A stretch of DNA of 64,000 nt from Tubulanus polymorphus. Its lineage: Eukaryota; Animalia; Nemertea. Shown one piece after another: positions 25,201 through 36,529 of this stretch (positions are counted from its first letter, which is position 1; each line of letters begins with the position of its first letter). The DNA is taken from NCBI RefSeq assembly GCF_964204645.1, contig NC_134025.1, positions 18,265,101 to 18,329,100 on the forward strand. Reading direction: 5' to 3'. The translations under genes and the position numbers were made by a program. The notes beneath the pieces were generated by a model that did not search any database, was not told where the DNA came from, and was given only the letters and a program-made list of their open reading frames with translations.

Positions 25201-28200
25201 AACAGTTGCAAACCCTGGCATTCCTGGCATTTGCGAAAAAGACGAATTAATTGGTGAATTTGCTTTGTCATTGTACTCGCGTTTAGGCACTGCAAAGGAG
25301 CAGCGCCGAAAAGACCTAGCAAACTTGAGAACAAAGGTCCGTTTACTCGGTATGCTACTGAAAGCCCTGAACGAGAACAATGGCGAAGAAAACTGGATAT
25401 CGCTTTCCTCGTACCTGAGAGGGCCACATTTCCATCAGATAGTCAAATGTGTTAAGAAGTTAGCTTTGGAAAAAGATTCCCCGAGTGTGGCAATAAATTT
25501 GGGGATTTACATCAAACATTGCATTGTCCTCAAAATGAGCATGGGGATTTTTGAAGGAGACAAAATTATGCAAGAAGAGGGAAGAGATTTCGAAGTAGTT
25601 TATCGGGCCCATTGGAACAATACTGTTTCGTGTGTTGCTAATCGAAGGATTAAACTTAGGAAACTCAATCAAGGCAATACACATCCAGTGGCAGATGACT
25701 TAGTAGTCTTTAAAGATTGGCTCGACTCTGAAATTGATAAAGCGTTGATGATACATGAGCCTACTTCAAAACAGTGGAAACATCTTGCTTATGCTGTTCT
25801 TGTCCGTATAGTCCTTTTCAACCGAAGGCGGATATCAGAAGTGGAAGAAATGATCATGAGCGATTTCGAAAATATTGTGCCGGATGCCGATCAGAATCAA
25901 GAGATCCTGCAATCACTGTCTCTAGCTGAGCAGCTTTTGGTCAAACGGTAATTGTTGTTTTAAAATTGTCTTAGTCATATGCTCTTATCTAATTTACAAG
26001 ATATGTTGGGTTGATTTTGGAGAGTTTTTTGTAGAATGCGTGTAATAGAAATCCGAGGGAAGAGCACTCGCAGTATTCGAGGTGTATACATTCTGCTTAC
26101 TGAGAAGATGGTTAAAGCTATCGAACATATCCTCGATACCAGACAAAGTACAAGTGACTTCATTTTTGCTAGGTAACATCAATTCTGAAATCAATTAGAC
26201 TTGTGGCATTCTATTTAGCATGTATAAAAGACGTGTATAAAAGACGTGTATATAGCGTGTATAATAAGAACATTCAACAACGTATATCTGTTGACATTGA
26301 CAATTTGGATAGATTTTACTTCTATCCATCTTCAGCGATTTAGAAGAGTTTTTATATAACTCTGAAGATGGATAGAAGTCTATCTGAAATGTCAGTGTAA
26401 AGTTTCACAGATAAAGCTATGTGGGTCTTTCTAGGAAGAATGCTATTTTCTGATTTATACAGTGTTTGCACTTTCCTATTCAAATAACATTAACCCATTA
26501 ACAATTGCAATACGGATTTTGAATGTTTCTTGAATGGATTCGATTAATGCAAGGTTTATTTTATTATTATTAAGGTACAATCATTCCCTTTTTGAATGTC
26601 AATTGATTAATAGTCCTGATAAAAATCTTAATCTCTCATCACAACTGATATAGTTTTGTTCGTGGGCATCTACATGCTGAATAATCAAATAAGTTAGTGC
26701 TTACCAGGCCATGCAGCCATTTTTTAGAAAAATGTCTTTGTATACAGTATATACTTTTTTTAGTTCATATCGTGACAGGTTTTGTGCAAGCATTGCAAAT
26801 CCATCATTCATTTTAGGAAACGTGCTGACACACCACTTGACGGTTGTACTGCAACGCGTGAAATGACAAAATTGTGTCCCGGACTGAATGCACCTGAACG
26901 AATTAGATCGACGAAGCTCCGATCTTTCTTTGCAACTACACTACAAGTAGGTTTATCATTTACCAATGAACTAGGATTAGTCTTATTGCAAGCATTACAA
27001 ACCTCTTTAAAATACAAACCACAGTATTACAATTATAAATGTTGTATATTTATATTACCTGATTAATAACCTGACAATTTAAGACTACATGTATATGGGG
27101 GATTTTTTTCTGTCTTCCTGATATCAGGTGTTATCTATATTCAAAGGAATCATTAGGTTAATTACTTACTGAAATTTAGAGGGCATGTGACCGTTAAGGT
27201 CATGTAATCATCTAGACAGTACTTGATCATGAAAGGATTTTCCCATTATATATATATCCTACAATTCTACATGCAGTAAAATAGCATATTAAACCCATCA
27301 TATCAGAACACTACCTATTTATGAAGTGTCTATTTATGTATGTCCCACAATTCTACATCCAGTTAAGTGACATATAAAACCCATCATATCAAGACACTAC
27401 CTGACCATGAAGTGATTTTTCCTATTTATGTATGTCCCACAATTCTACATTCAGTTAACCAGTATATAAAACCTATCATAAAAGGATGACAAGTGATAAT
27501 AGACAAGTGCTGATATCGGATCCTGTATAGGCCTAAAACATCCGTATCAGGACATACCTTATCATGAAGTGCTTTTACATGTACTATCATACAAGCCTAA
27601 TTTCCAGCCCTGTATGTATTAGTGAATGAAATTTTTAAGAATATAAAATAGAACCTTCATTCATCAAGAATATCTATAAAGAAGGTAAAGCTCTGGTCTT
27701 CGAAAGACATAACAAGCAATGATTATAATAAATCAATGATCGGCTATAATGATACTTGTGAATGGAAATTATATTGTGAAGTGATTTGAAATGGATGAAA
27801 GCCCTAAAGCCAGTATTTGGGTTTATAACTTCAGATTTTGTCTATGAAGCCCAACGAGTTGAAGATGGTGGCTGATCATATGGGGCACGATGTGAAAATT
27901 CACGCAGATGTATATTGCCTCCAATCTTCACTCGTTGAAAAAGCGAAGGTAGCGAAGGTGCTATTGGCTGCCGAAAATGGCATTATGGCAAGATTCAAAG
28001 GAAAGTCATTGGAGGATATTGATCCCGATGGTAAGTCTGACTTTACTGATAGATTAAATATTTTAGTATTCTCTGCTATGACAGCAGTCACCCGTGTGTG
28101 TGTATGTGTACATGTGCATTTATTCATTGATAACGTTTTAGCACTCCCATTATCCTTGGATTATGCCGATAAGTGGACTGAGTGTGAAGACAGTGAAAAC

Positions 28201-28632
28201 AGTGATGACAGTGATGACAATGACATGGTCGATGCAGAAGTTCCGCCAAAGATGGAAACTAACCAATCTGAAGCGCAAAGTAAGTTCATGGATAGGGTCC
28301 ATAGTGATTAAACCACCTTATGGACGGTATAACAATCCTAGGGGAAATGGGGCCTATTGTGAGAACCTATCAGTAGTCTTGATGCAATGGTTTGTGTAGC
28401 ATTTTTATATGATTTTGTTTCAGATGAGAAGTCACGTATTAAGAGGGCACCCTGGACAAAGGGAGAAACAGATATTTTTTGTAAGATATTGCATAACTAT
28501 TTGAATAATAAGCGAATGGCACCAGCAGTAGACTTGAGAAAAGTAGTTGAAGAACTTGGTGGTAGCCGAACTTTGCCTCAGGTTCGAACGAGGCTACATA
28601 ATATTATCTCGAAGAAGCAGAAAACGAAATAA
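13453..28632 (+). CDS. Spliced multidomain protein (~1,530 aa): SET - microexon repeats - OTU protease - Zn fingers - tyrosine recombinase - Myb/SANT-like
   Basis: Manually joined, phase-compatible GT-AG exons: 13453-13555, 15742-15883, 16072-16264, 17017-17047, 18609-18680, 12 x 66 nt (18775 + 162n, to 20622), 20719-20778, 21618-21680, 21982-22035, 22493-22564, 23739-25947, 26035-26172, 26817-26946, 27835-28030, 28142-28279, 28424-28632. Total 4602 nt with no internal stop. The SET and OTU-YR blocks are well supported; the small linker exons are less certain. Confidence 0.8.
13700..15042 (-). mobile_element. Near full-length HINE-like family B element in intron 1; a second partial copy at ~15090-15682
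   Basis: Begins tttagcccacttgggacttaagtcccagtgg (hairpin) and ends tcccaagtgggcgtggtgtccctggaccactagttt. The subterminal IR is gcccacttggga/tcccaagtgggc. Reverse of 53815-55017. Confidence 0.7.
14496..14778. mobile_element. MITE nested in the family B element (Harbinger-like GGGCC ends)
   Basis: GGGCCGATTCTTTTATGCAGT ... ACTGCATAAAAGAATCGGCCC form 21-bp perfect TIRs that extend imperfectly. The TSD is unclear. Confidence 0.8.
18609..20778 (+). repeat. 162-bp tandem array: 12 near-identical copies of a 66-nt exon plus 96-nt intron, with diverged end copies
   Basis: Each unit is ttttctAG|ataatgtattg...gtgttctg|GTAAGT and encodes DNVLTSKCSSDDSKQVSEFTCS in phase 1-1. Exon starts are 18775, 18937 ... 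20557. Confidence 0.93.
20875..21295 (-). repeat. 91-bp satellite copies (reverse orientation) in an intron
   Basis: tatatgtcctacaattctacattcagtta.gtggcatataaaaccc is the reverse complement of the 8240-11225 unit. Confidence 0.9.
23739..25947 (+). CDS. Large exon: OTU-like protease, acidic/NLS linker, C2H2 and C2HC fingers, N-terminal part of the tyrosine recombinase
   Basis: SGDGNCLFNAVS...WNPDHFAPL (OTU Cys and His boxes, vertnin-like), PKKRKKRK, CLYC..HLCSIH, CEFC..HATRC, LFNRRRISE. 744-aa ORF without stops. Confidence 0.92.
26035..28632 (+). CDS. Tyrosine recombinase catalytic exons and Myb/SANT-like C-terminus
   Basis: EIRGKSTRSIRGVYILL; FIFAR; IRSTKLRSFFAT; VADHMGHDVKIHADVY; final exon KRAPWTKGETDIF...RTLPQVRTRLHN, TAA at 28630-28632. 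Confidence 0.88.
26295..26400. ncRNA. Degenerate minimal hammerhead ribozyme pair (Penelope-like relic) in an intron
   Basis: act-CTGAAGA-tgGATAGaagtCTATCt-GAAA-tGTC-agt at 26359-26396, with an inverted copy immediately upstream (acttctatccatcttcag). Confidence 0.5.
27250..27590 (-). repeat. 91-bp satellite copies (reverse orientation) in an intron
   Basis: gtatgtcccacaattctacat.cagttaa...atataaaaccca units. Confidence 0.85.
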
Positions 28633-30145
28633 TATAGGGAACCTCTAAATGTATGGCGTAAATATACTGTCAAAATTAAAATAGCATTTTTGACGCGTCA
28701 ATCGATGCGTCAAATTCACTTTATTTATGTTTTGTAATAATTACGTTATTGTTTAGCTGTAGCAAGAACGTACATATAGAACATAGTATTGATTGTTTTG
28801 CCATGCGAGTGAGTTTTGGAGAAAGTTGGACATGCATATATAATGCACCAAGATAGCGATCGTAAATCCGAGAAAAATACATTTTTTCGCTCAAAACTAA
28901 AATTTACTCATTTGGTCGTACTGGACCCATGGTCCTAATTAAAGATATGTGAAACTTTGTTTTTGCCACTAAGCACTGTGCCCAATGTAAATAATATCTA
29001 TATATTGATATTCCGTATGTGGAGTTTTCTTTCAATGATTGCTTGTTTTTGTTCTGATCGATTTCTCCTTTTATTAAAGCGCAATGATTACTGTTTAGAA
29101 GAAAATGTTTAAACAAAATCAAATATATTACCGGTATATAAATTGTTAAAGCAGTAAATGAAAAATGACCGATCTGAATAAATGTTAGAATTTCCCTCAT
29201 GCCAGTCTTACACCTGTTATAGAAATGTAATGAACTAGATTACAGGAGAAAATGTGGAGAAGGTTTTTTTTTTAATGATGTGAACATAAGTAAATGGTGT
29301 ATTTTTGTAGACTAATCTCATTCCTATCAGGTATATTTGTTGTAGGCCATTGATTTCAGGTTGAGAACATAATGATTAAAAAATGTGATTAGTTTCTGTT
29401 TTATCTGCAGTTGACAAAATATCATACAATCCAATGACTACCGGTATAACATATTTGATTTGGGATAGTAAACGCATCGAGTTCCAGGTCAGCTAATCTT
29501 TACACAATTCTTATGAAACATAGCATGAATTTCCATATTGGAACTTGAATTATCGCCTAACTGAAATAACGAAAATCACTGGTCCTAAATGATTTGAGTC
29601 AGAAGGTATCGACTGTATTTTGAATGTATGACATGAATAATATTAAAATATTCCATTGGCAGAATATCCAACTTCCTCGTGGTTTACAATTCTAGGGTTG
29701 ATAAATATATCAGAATTATCTTGTAGAGTTTGTAAATTTGCTAATGCTTTTTTCCTAATAAAGAGATTTCCAATTTTCATTGAAAATTTTGTTTTGTTTC
29801 TGTTGTCAGATGTATCTGGATATTGAAAGCTTTGAAAGGACTTTCATTCCCTCAATTAGAGCCATATTTCAAAAATGTGAATAGAAGTGAAGAGTAGAGA
29901 ATATTCCGACAAAGCAAGGAGAAATATGGAAGTTGTATACCTTACTTGGACGAAGCTCTGTAGGAAAGCCTATCGCAATTGTTATGAATCGACCCAGACC
30001 TGTTAGAACCGACTGTTGCCCGGTCGCTTACAATAGAATAGGCAGTGAGATAATTCGCTGTTTAGTAATGTCTAAGCGTTTGGCCTCAGGTATTCCACAC
30101 GAAGGGCATAGTTTCAGTTATGTTACATGTATAGGTGCATGTATT

Positions 30146-30317
30146 TAATTCATGGGGCATATAGGCCTATATAAATTGTGAGGTTTGCATATCATTAGCA
30201 TATAATTATACATATATGCCCCAGAAACGTATATAATTCATGGGGCATATAGGCCTATATAAATTGTGAGGTTTGCATATCATTAGCATATAATTATACA
30301 TATATGCCCCAGAAACG
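30146..30317. repeat. Perfect tandem duplication (~87-bp period) with internal IR, followed by a TA microsatellite at ~30383-30441
   Basis: taattcatggggcatataggcctatataaattgtgagg...tatatgccccagaaacg occurs twice; ggggcatata/tatatgcccc are inverted. Confidence 0.85.
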
Positions 30318-30391
30318 GGTATTAAAATAGCACCACACAATTGGGTTTGAGCCCACAAACCCCGTTAATAGTATGTTTTCAGTATATATAT

Positions 30392-30441
<50 letters not shown>

Positions 30442-31485
30442 GTGGTAAGTATTTAGTCAATATATGACGTATTTTATACACTACTACTAGTACTACTAAA
30501 CTTTACTATAATTAAGTACCGGTATTTTTAAAATATTACACTCTTTCTGAAAACAGGGCTTACGACGCACAATAGTTACCATATCCCATTAAATACAGTA
30601 GGGCCTACCCGGTACCAAATATTTTAATTGCCACTGTGGTCATTGCGTATATAATTCTGTGAGCGGTCCATATCAAGGCGACTCAAGGTCTTCTTCCCAG
30701 CAATTGGGAATACGAAACCTAGAACTGTTTAAAAATGTTAATCATGATTTCCGATGTTGTGGCTTCTGGGATAAAAGTAATCGTCATATATCTAGCAAGT
30801 GAAAACAAGACAGCTGAATCTCCAAAGAAATCGGCATTTGATGTGCCAATGTGCCCACATAGAGTTACCACCAAAAAGGTAAAAAAGTAATTCACGTGCA
30901 TACAACTCAATTGCCATACCCTGTATTTTACATGTACTGGTAATTTATTTTCATAAAACTCAGTCACTGTAAAAATGAATTTAAGAGCTTTGGTCAGATT
31001 TTACATTTTGTGTTATACCAGTAGGTTGAATAGCTTGGGTGGTAGATATAGTGATGAGCGCTGATAATGTGAATTGTACCAGGGATTCAACGGCCAGTGC
31101 TATACAAGAAAAAGTGTGAATCTTTATTCTTTAAAACATTGCTTTCAGAATCGGTGAGCTGAATAGTTTTGACAGGTTATAAAATGCAGTCATAGAATTG
31201 TGTAAAAAAGGTGTAGCGTGGTCAGCGAATTCGGTCTCAACCGCTGGATCGAGATTCATCAATACTCTTTCTTAGGTTTTATGGTGAGTTTAAAAAGATG
31301 ATTTTGGATTTAATTATTTGAAGCAACCGGATACACTGTGGTATACATGTTTACATAGCAGCGTAATTTAATACTTGGTGAAGAGGTGTACTAAGCAATT
31401 ATGGTAGCATGTACTGGTATTATCCATTGACTTTTTGGTTTTTCTTGAGCATTTACATTCGTACAATTTGTTTTGTTCTATTCAG

Positions 31486-34400
31486 GTATCTCGATTTCCA
31501 CCATGGAATTTTTCGTGAACGATCTTGCAGGATACCCGACATGTTCAAGCCATTCCATGGCTTCTATGATAATCGCATTAATCATCAGAAATCTCCAAAG
31601 GTTAGAATTAAGTAATTTCTTCCCCTTGAGAGTTGAATTGCGTCCCAGGTTGGCTGTTATCTCTTTCTTTTTAAGCATTATGACAGCACTAAACTTGTAT
31701 TTAGTTTGTCGAAGTAAAAGGCCTATAGGGCTTATGTTGTAATTTGCTAATATTCGACAATAGATAAATATTCTATTCTATTATTCTACAAATACCGGTA
31801 ACTGACATTTTACAATGCAAGAAAGATTTTGAATGTTATCGCATCCCAGATCCTGCTTACTTATTTTGGTGCAATCATTAATATCCCCCACCCCCATCAG
31901 GGGTTGACCTTCACTTTTCATGACAGAGTCCTTTTATGTAAGTTTTTCATATAATGTTAATCAGTTGAAGGATTAAGTACTCATATCAACATGTGCAGTG
32001 ACTTACTCATGCAGCCTTATCTGAGCAAAAACAGCTGGAAACATCTTGCAGATGAAATTGGTCTATTGGTGGAAGGCATGCAGAAATATAAGGAGTTTCT
32101 ACCATCACAGCAGGAAATAAATGCCAGACACCATTCATCTCTTCAAAATAATGCGAGATCCGGATTTAGAATTTTCCTATTGGTTTATCGAATGTAAATA
32201 ATTCATAATTTCCTTGCTGATGGCTAACTAACCAACCAGCAATATCCAAACAAGCAGGGCTTGAAACTTTAACCTTTCAAAGGACAGGTGATGCAGACAC
32301 ATGTATTTTTTTAGTCTTCTATTGATTTTATGTTGTTTTGCAGCCAATGAAAAAGAAAAAGAAGATTACGTCGTTCTGGACAGAATGTTAAAAGATTCTG
32401 ACTATTATCAGCCAATCAGCTTACAGGATTTGGAGCCATTGGATCGCTACGAGAGGTGTACGTGGATCAAAAACATTACTGTCTCCATGTCCGTTGCATT
32501 ATAGGCATACCATCAGGGAAACTACTTGGGAAACTTGACTTTTATATGGAAGGTAGCTCAAGAAAACTGAAACGAAGAAGACAATCTCAAAGCAATATCC
32601 ATGGCAAAAAAGGATATAAATAAATATTCGACTCAAGCTATGCGCAAGTGCTTCATACAAAATTATATCAAACCGGTAACATTGAAGCCATCCATATTAA
32701 GAGACATTTATAGATATTTCAGCACCAGAAACGTGTGAAGAATACAAAGTCGACGAGAGGGTTACTGCATTTCTTGCCGAAAGTGGCTATCCTAACTTGT
32801 TTTGGGATCTCCGAAAATTAAACGGCAACCCAGGCTCTACCAAGTTTGATGATTTCTGGAACGAATTAGGCAATTATCTGGAAGAAATTGCTGACGTTAA
32901 CGACTGAAGGGATGGCCCGGAATTATACTTACCGTTGGCTATAAGCATTCGTGAATTGAACGAGTCTATAGTGGTTAGATTGCCTCCAGATACACCAGTC
33001 CCTAGCAACAGTTGGATAAGGTAAGTACACGTGTAATAACTGACATAAAAGTTTTTTCTTCAATAGGAATTTAAATCAATAAGCTGAGGATACCTGGATC
33101 CACAGGTTGTTTGAGATTGGATCTTAAGAAAATGTTACAATTCTGTCAACTCTTGTTTTATTTTGATGTACTTCAGATTACAGTTTTGGCCGAGTAACAG
33201 CCGGTCTAAGGCTGCTTTTCACTACACAGGTCGTTTTGCGGTCAAGTACGTTGTTCAGCAGAGACTATTATGCCAGGAGCATCCAGATCTTCAAAATGTT
33301 AAAGGTAATACTACAATGTAGCTCTATTTAGACAGTGCAATATAGCTCAATTAAGTCATTCAATGGCTATCGGAGGTAGCACTCTTTTTTGTAAAACAGA
33401 CAACTAAATATTGATTTTATTCTGTTTTCTTCAGGAATTCGCTCTTATGTGGAGAAAACATTGTATGTTTTTTTGCTTAGACGACAAAGCTGTTATCCCC
33501 TTGGGTGAACCTGGGGCTCCTGTTTCCACAGGTGTTTGCCAAGGACGAGGGCTAACATTGGCTGATAACTCAACAAATCAATGTTTAGACCATGATTTTC
33601 ATGTGTGCGGTCTGATTCCATCAGTTACTTTACATGTCGAGATTCCCAGCGATTCGAGAGACAGTTTTTATGATGGTCAGGTCATGTATGTGTGAAAGAT
33701 AAGGTATATATTAATCAATATGTAAATTCATCAACATCAGGGTATTTTGTGGCTTATGTCATTTCTATAATAAAACAGATTTTACGAATAAACCTGGTGT
33801 GGAAGCAGTAATCTCTGAAATGTGAACTTGAAATATCAGTATTTATTACAGCATACTGATTGTTGTGTAAATTCAAATCCCTTTTCAGATTTTTGAGCCA
33901 TCTAGTGCATCAAGGCATGGAAGTGAGCAGGAGCTGCTGAAATGCGAGTTGTATTCTCCCGACGATGTATTTTCTTCGAAGCCCATCCTGATTAATTATA
34001 CTGATGGTGGGCCTGATCACCGAACGACATATATATCAGTGAAATTGGCAGCAATCCCGCAGTTCATTGGTATGTAAATAAAGGACCCTCTACATTTCGA
34101 TAGTCTTATACCAGGCTATACTTAAGTTAATTTACTGTAAATTAACTTAAGTATCGCCTGGTATTGGTATAAGACTGGTATTCATATTTTCAGACTCATT
34201 TTAGCGCCAAATTCGTTATACCACCGAAATTACTTCAGTCCTGTGGCCGGCATTATAATGAGCAGTTGCGCTTATTTTAAAAAACCTGTATGATTTTCTT
34301 TTCAGCTCTCAATTTAGATATGTTTGTCCATGTACGCACAACGCCTCATGGTAGTTACCTTAACCCAGCAGAATGTGTAATGTCAGTTCTGAACATGGCT

Positions 34401-35843
34401 TTACAAAATGTTGCCCTCGCACGGAACAGAATGCCTGAACACCAGGAAAAGTATATGAAGCCCTGTTCGACGATGAAGGAGGTTAGGGAGAAGGTAAAAG
34501 GACTTCCATCTTTAGAAAGAGAGTTGAGAAAGTGTACAGATGAGGTAGGCGCAATCTACATACATAAGAGTGTGGTCGACTGTGTAAGAAAAAAAAGTTT
34601 TTCTTTCAATAGGTCAAGGATATAGTTGCTGAGAGGTTTCGTCGTCTCCTATATAAAGAAAAGTCAGTTCGCACCCGGCCTGCATGCCAAGAAGACGACA
34701 TAAAGATTTTAAATGATTCTCTGACTATAAATAGTCCGAATATATCACTCGACTCGAAAGCGTGTGAAGTTAAAGCCGACAAAGCTTTCAACACCTTCAT
34801 GGAAAACCATTGTCGAGCACGCCAGTATTCATTCCAGGTACTTTATATAAATATATAGTATAGAACGACTAAATAATAAATTGCCCATGGGCAAAGTGTG
34901 GTTTACCTTGAAAGCTAGAGGTTGTTTGGGGTAAGGGCATTGCTTGAAAAATCTTTTTAATTCGTGACTTCAAAGTTCTACAAGTGTTTTATTGTATTTT
35001 ATCTTTATTAAAGGATTATTTTGTAGTCAAATAAGACTAAAGATATACATTTGTTTAGGTCCACATCCAAAATTTCGTAGGGTACAGGTAGGCGCGGCAT
35101 GGAAACTATATTATATTTTCAAAGAAATATTTTTCATAATATGAAAAAATATTCAAATAAAATTCATTATGATGTCACATATCAGAGGGTGGCTGAATGT
35201 ATGGCCGCGGAAGCTAAAATACCGGTGCAGTAAGAAACGGCGTATAAGATCGTTTTAAATCCTGGAATTTACCACTACAATATTCAGACCTCGACCTAAA
35301 CCTATAGTTTGCTGCTTAGTATTTTCAGGTCACAAGAAATTACAATTTATTACAAATTCTATCAAACAGAAAACACAGCGCTCTTCTGTTGATGAAATGT
35401 CAAATGCGCTAGCAAGCAGCGTTACAGTATCTTGAACTTGAACTATCACTATAGTAGTGTATACTGTACAAGCATGTGTTTGTGTGCAACAGTCTATAGC
35501 ACATCGTTGCCAGAGAAGGGTTAACGTGTGGGTCTCAGATTGAGGCCCAGTATTACTCTGGTAAGCATGGGGTGAACAATTTGGGTCTGTTTTCTTTTTT
35601 TTGGTATTTTACTCCTCAATCTATATTGAACTTATTTCAATTTTTGTAGCATTGGTACATTACGGTGTAATTTGTGTGCATTGCGGTACAGATGACGACA
35701 TAGTAGATGACGACGACCCTACCATGTCGGAAGCAAAAGCTAGATTTCTAACCGTGCGCCCTGTGTGTAAATTGTGTATTGTTATTAAAGGTCTTGTTAC
35801 AAGGGGAAAACGCAATCAAAATACATGTCATTGTGAAGCTTGA
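31486..35843 (+). pseudogene. Intron-containing Zator-like (TP36/ISAzo13-related) DDE transposase, inactivated
   Basis: Exonic motifs YLDFHH, LRLQFWP, CLDDKAVIPLGEPG, LDHDFH, SFYDGQV, YTDGGPDHR (~33999-34023), TPHGSYLNPAECVMSVLN and a C-terminal CVHC..CKLC. Stops and frameshifts at 32500-32910. Superfamily is from motif recall. Confidence 0.7.
34883..35500 (+). repeat. Interspersed repeat family A
   Basis: About 600 bp, highly similar to 57288-57885, both starting gcccatgggcaaagtgtggtttacct. Confidence 0.9.
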
Positions 35844-36529
35844 AATCTCATCAGTGTGTCAATTTAATTCTATTCTTTGTGGATTTATAAACTATCTAGT
35901 GAAATGGCATAAGTTCAAGTCCGTCTGTCCAGTCTGACACAATAGAGAGCTGTTATCTATCCTATATACTTGAGATGAAACTGGAATTCTTAAATTACTG
36001 GATTCTCGGCGATCGATCTGAAATCCAAGCGATTCATAAAACACCTAAATTACATTGGGATCTTAGATTCTTAACTGAAAAATGTCATTTTTCAATTCTT
36101 TTGTGGATTCCTTTGAATTCTGCCTAAAAATAGGTTAAAAAAAGAAAAGTTTTTTTCCCCCTTCCAACCACGTTAAAGTGTACACCACCTCTGAATAAAG
36201 AAAAAGTTTATCTTTTTTTTTCCCTTTACCCCACCGAAGATTTCCTCCCAAAATCCCAAAATCCCGAAATCCAAGTAATTTAAAAAAAGCTACTTGGTCC
36301 ACTACAACCAGCCTAAGGATGCTCTTGTATTACCAACCAATTCACCACAGCATGTTTTTTAAACTCCAAAATGAAGGAAACTACGAATATAATACGAAAG
36401 TAAGTTGTAAATAAAACTGTCGATTTGAAATTGTCAAATGTTTTAAGAACCATTTCCAAAGTGCGCACGGTCTCATGACTGCTATGAACCCCCTCGTTAT
36501 TAGCCCACTTGGGGCTTAAGTACCAAAAC

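Noticed and set aside
23827-25684. Several antisense ORFs over the 744-aa exon
   Set aside because: Shadow ORFs of the coding strand with no motifs.
13453-28632. DIRS retrotransposon, Polinton or endogenous virus identity for the YR gene
   Set aside because: No RT/RNase H, DNA polymerase, capsid or packaging ATPase motifs were seen, and the gene is intron-rich.
7721-29617. TA|CAGTC at 7721 and GACTG|TA at ~29611-29617 as TIRs enclosing the YR gene
   Set aside because: Only about 5 bp match, and the sequences diverge immediately. They are more likely ends of unrelated Tc1/pogo MITEs.
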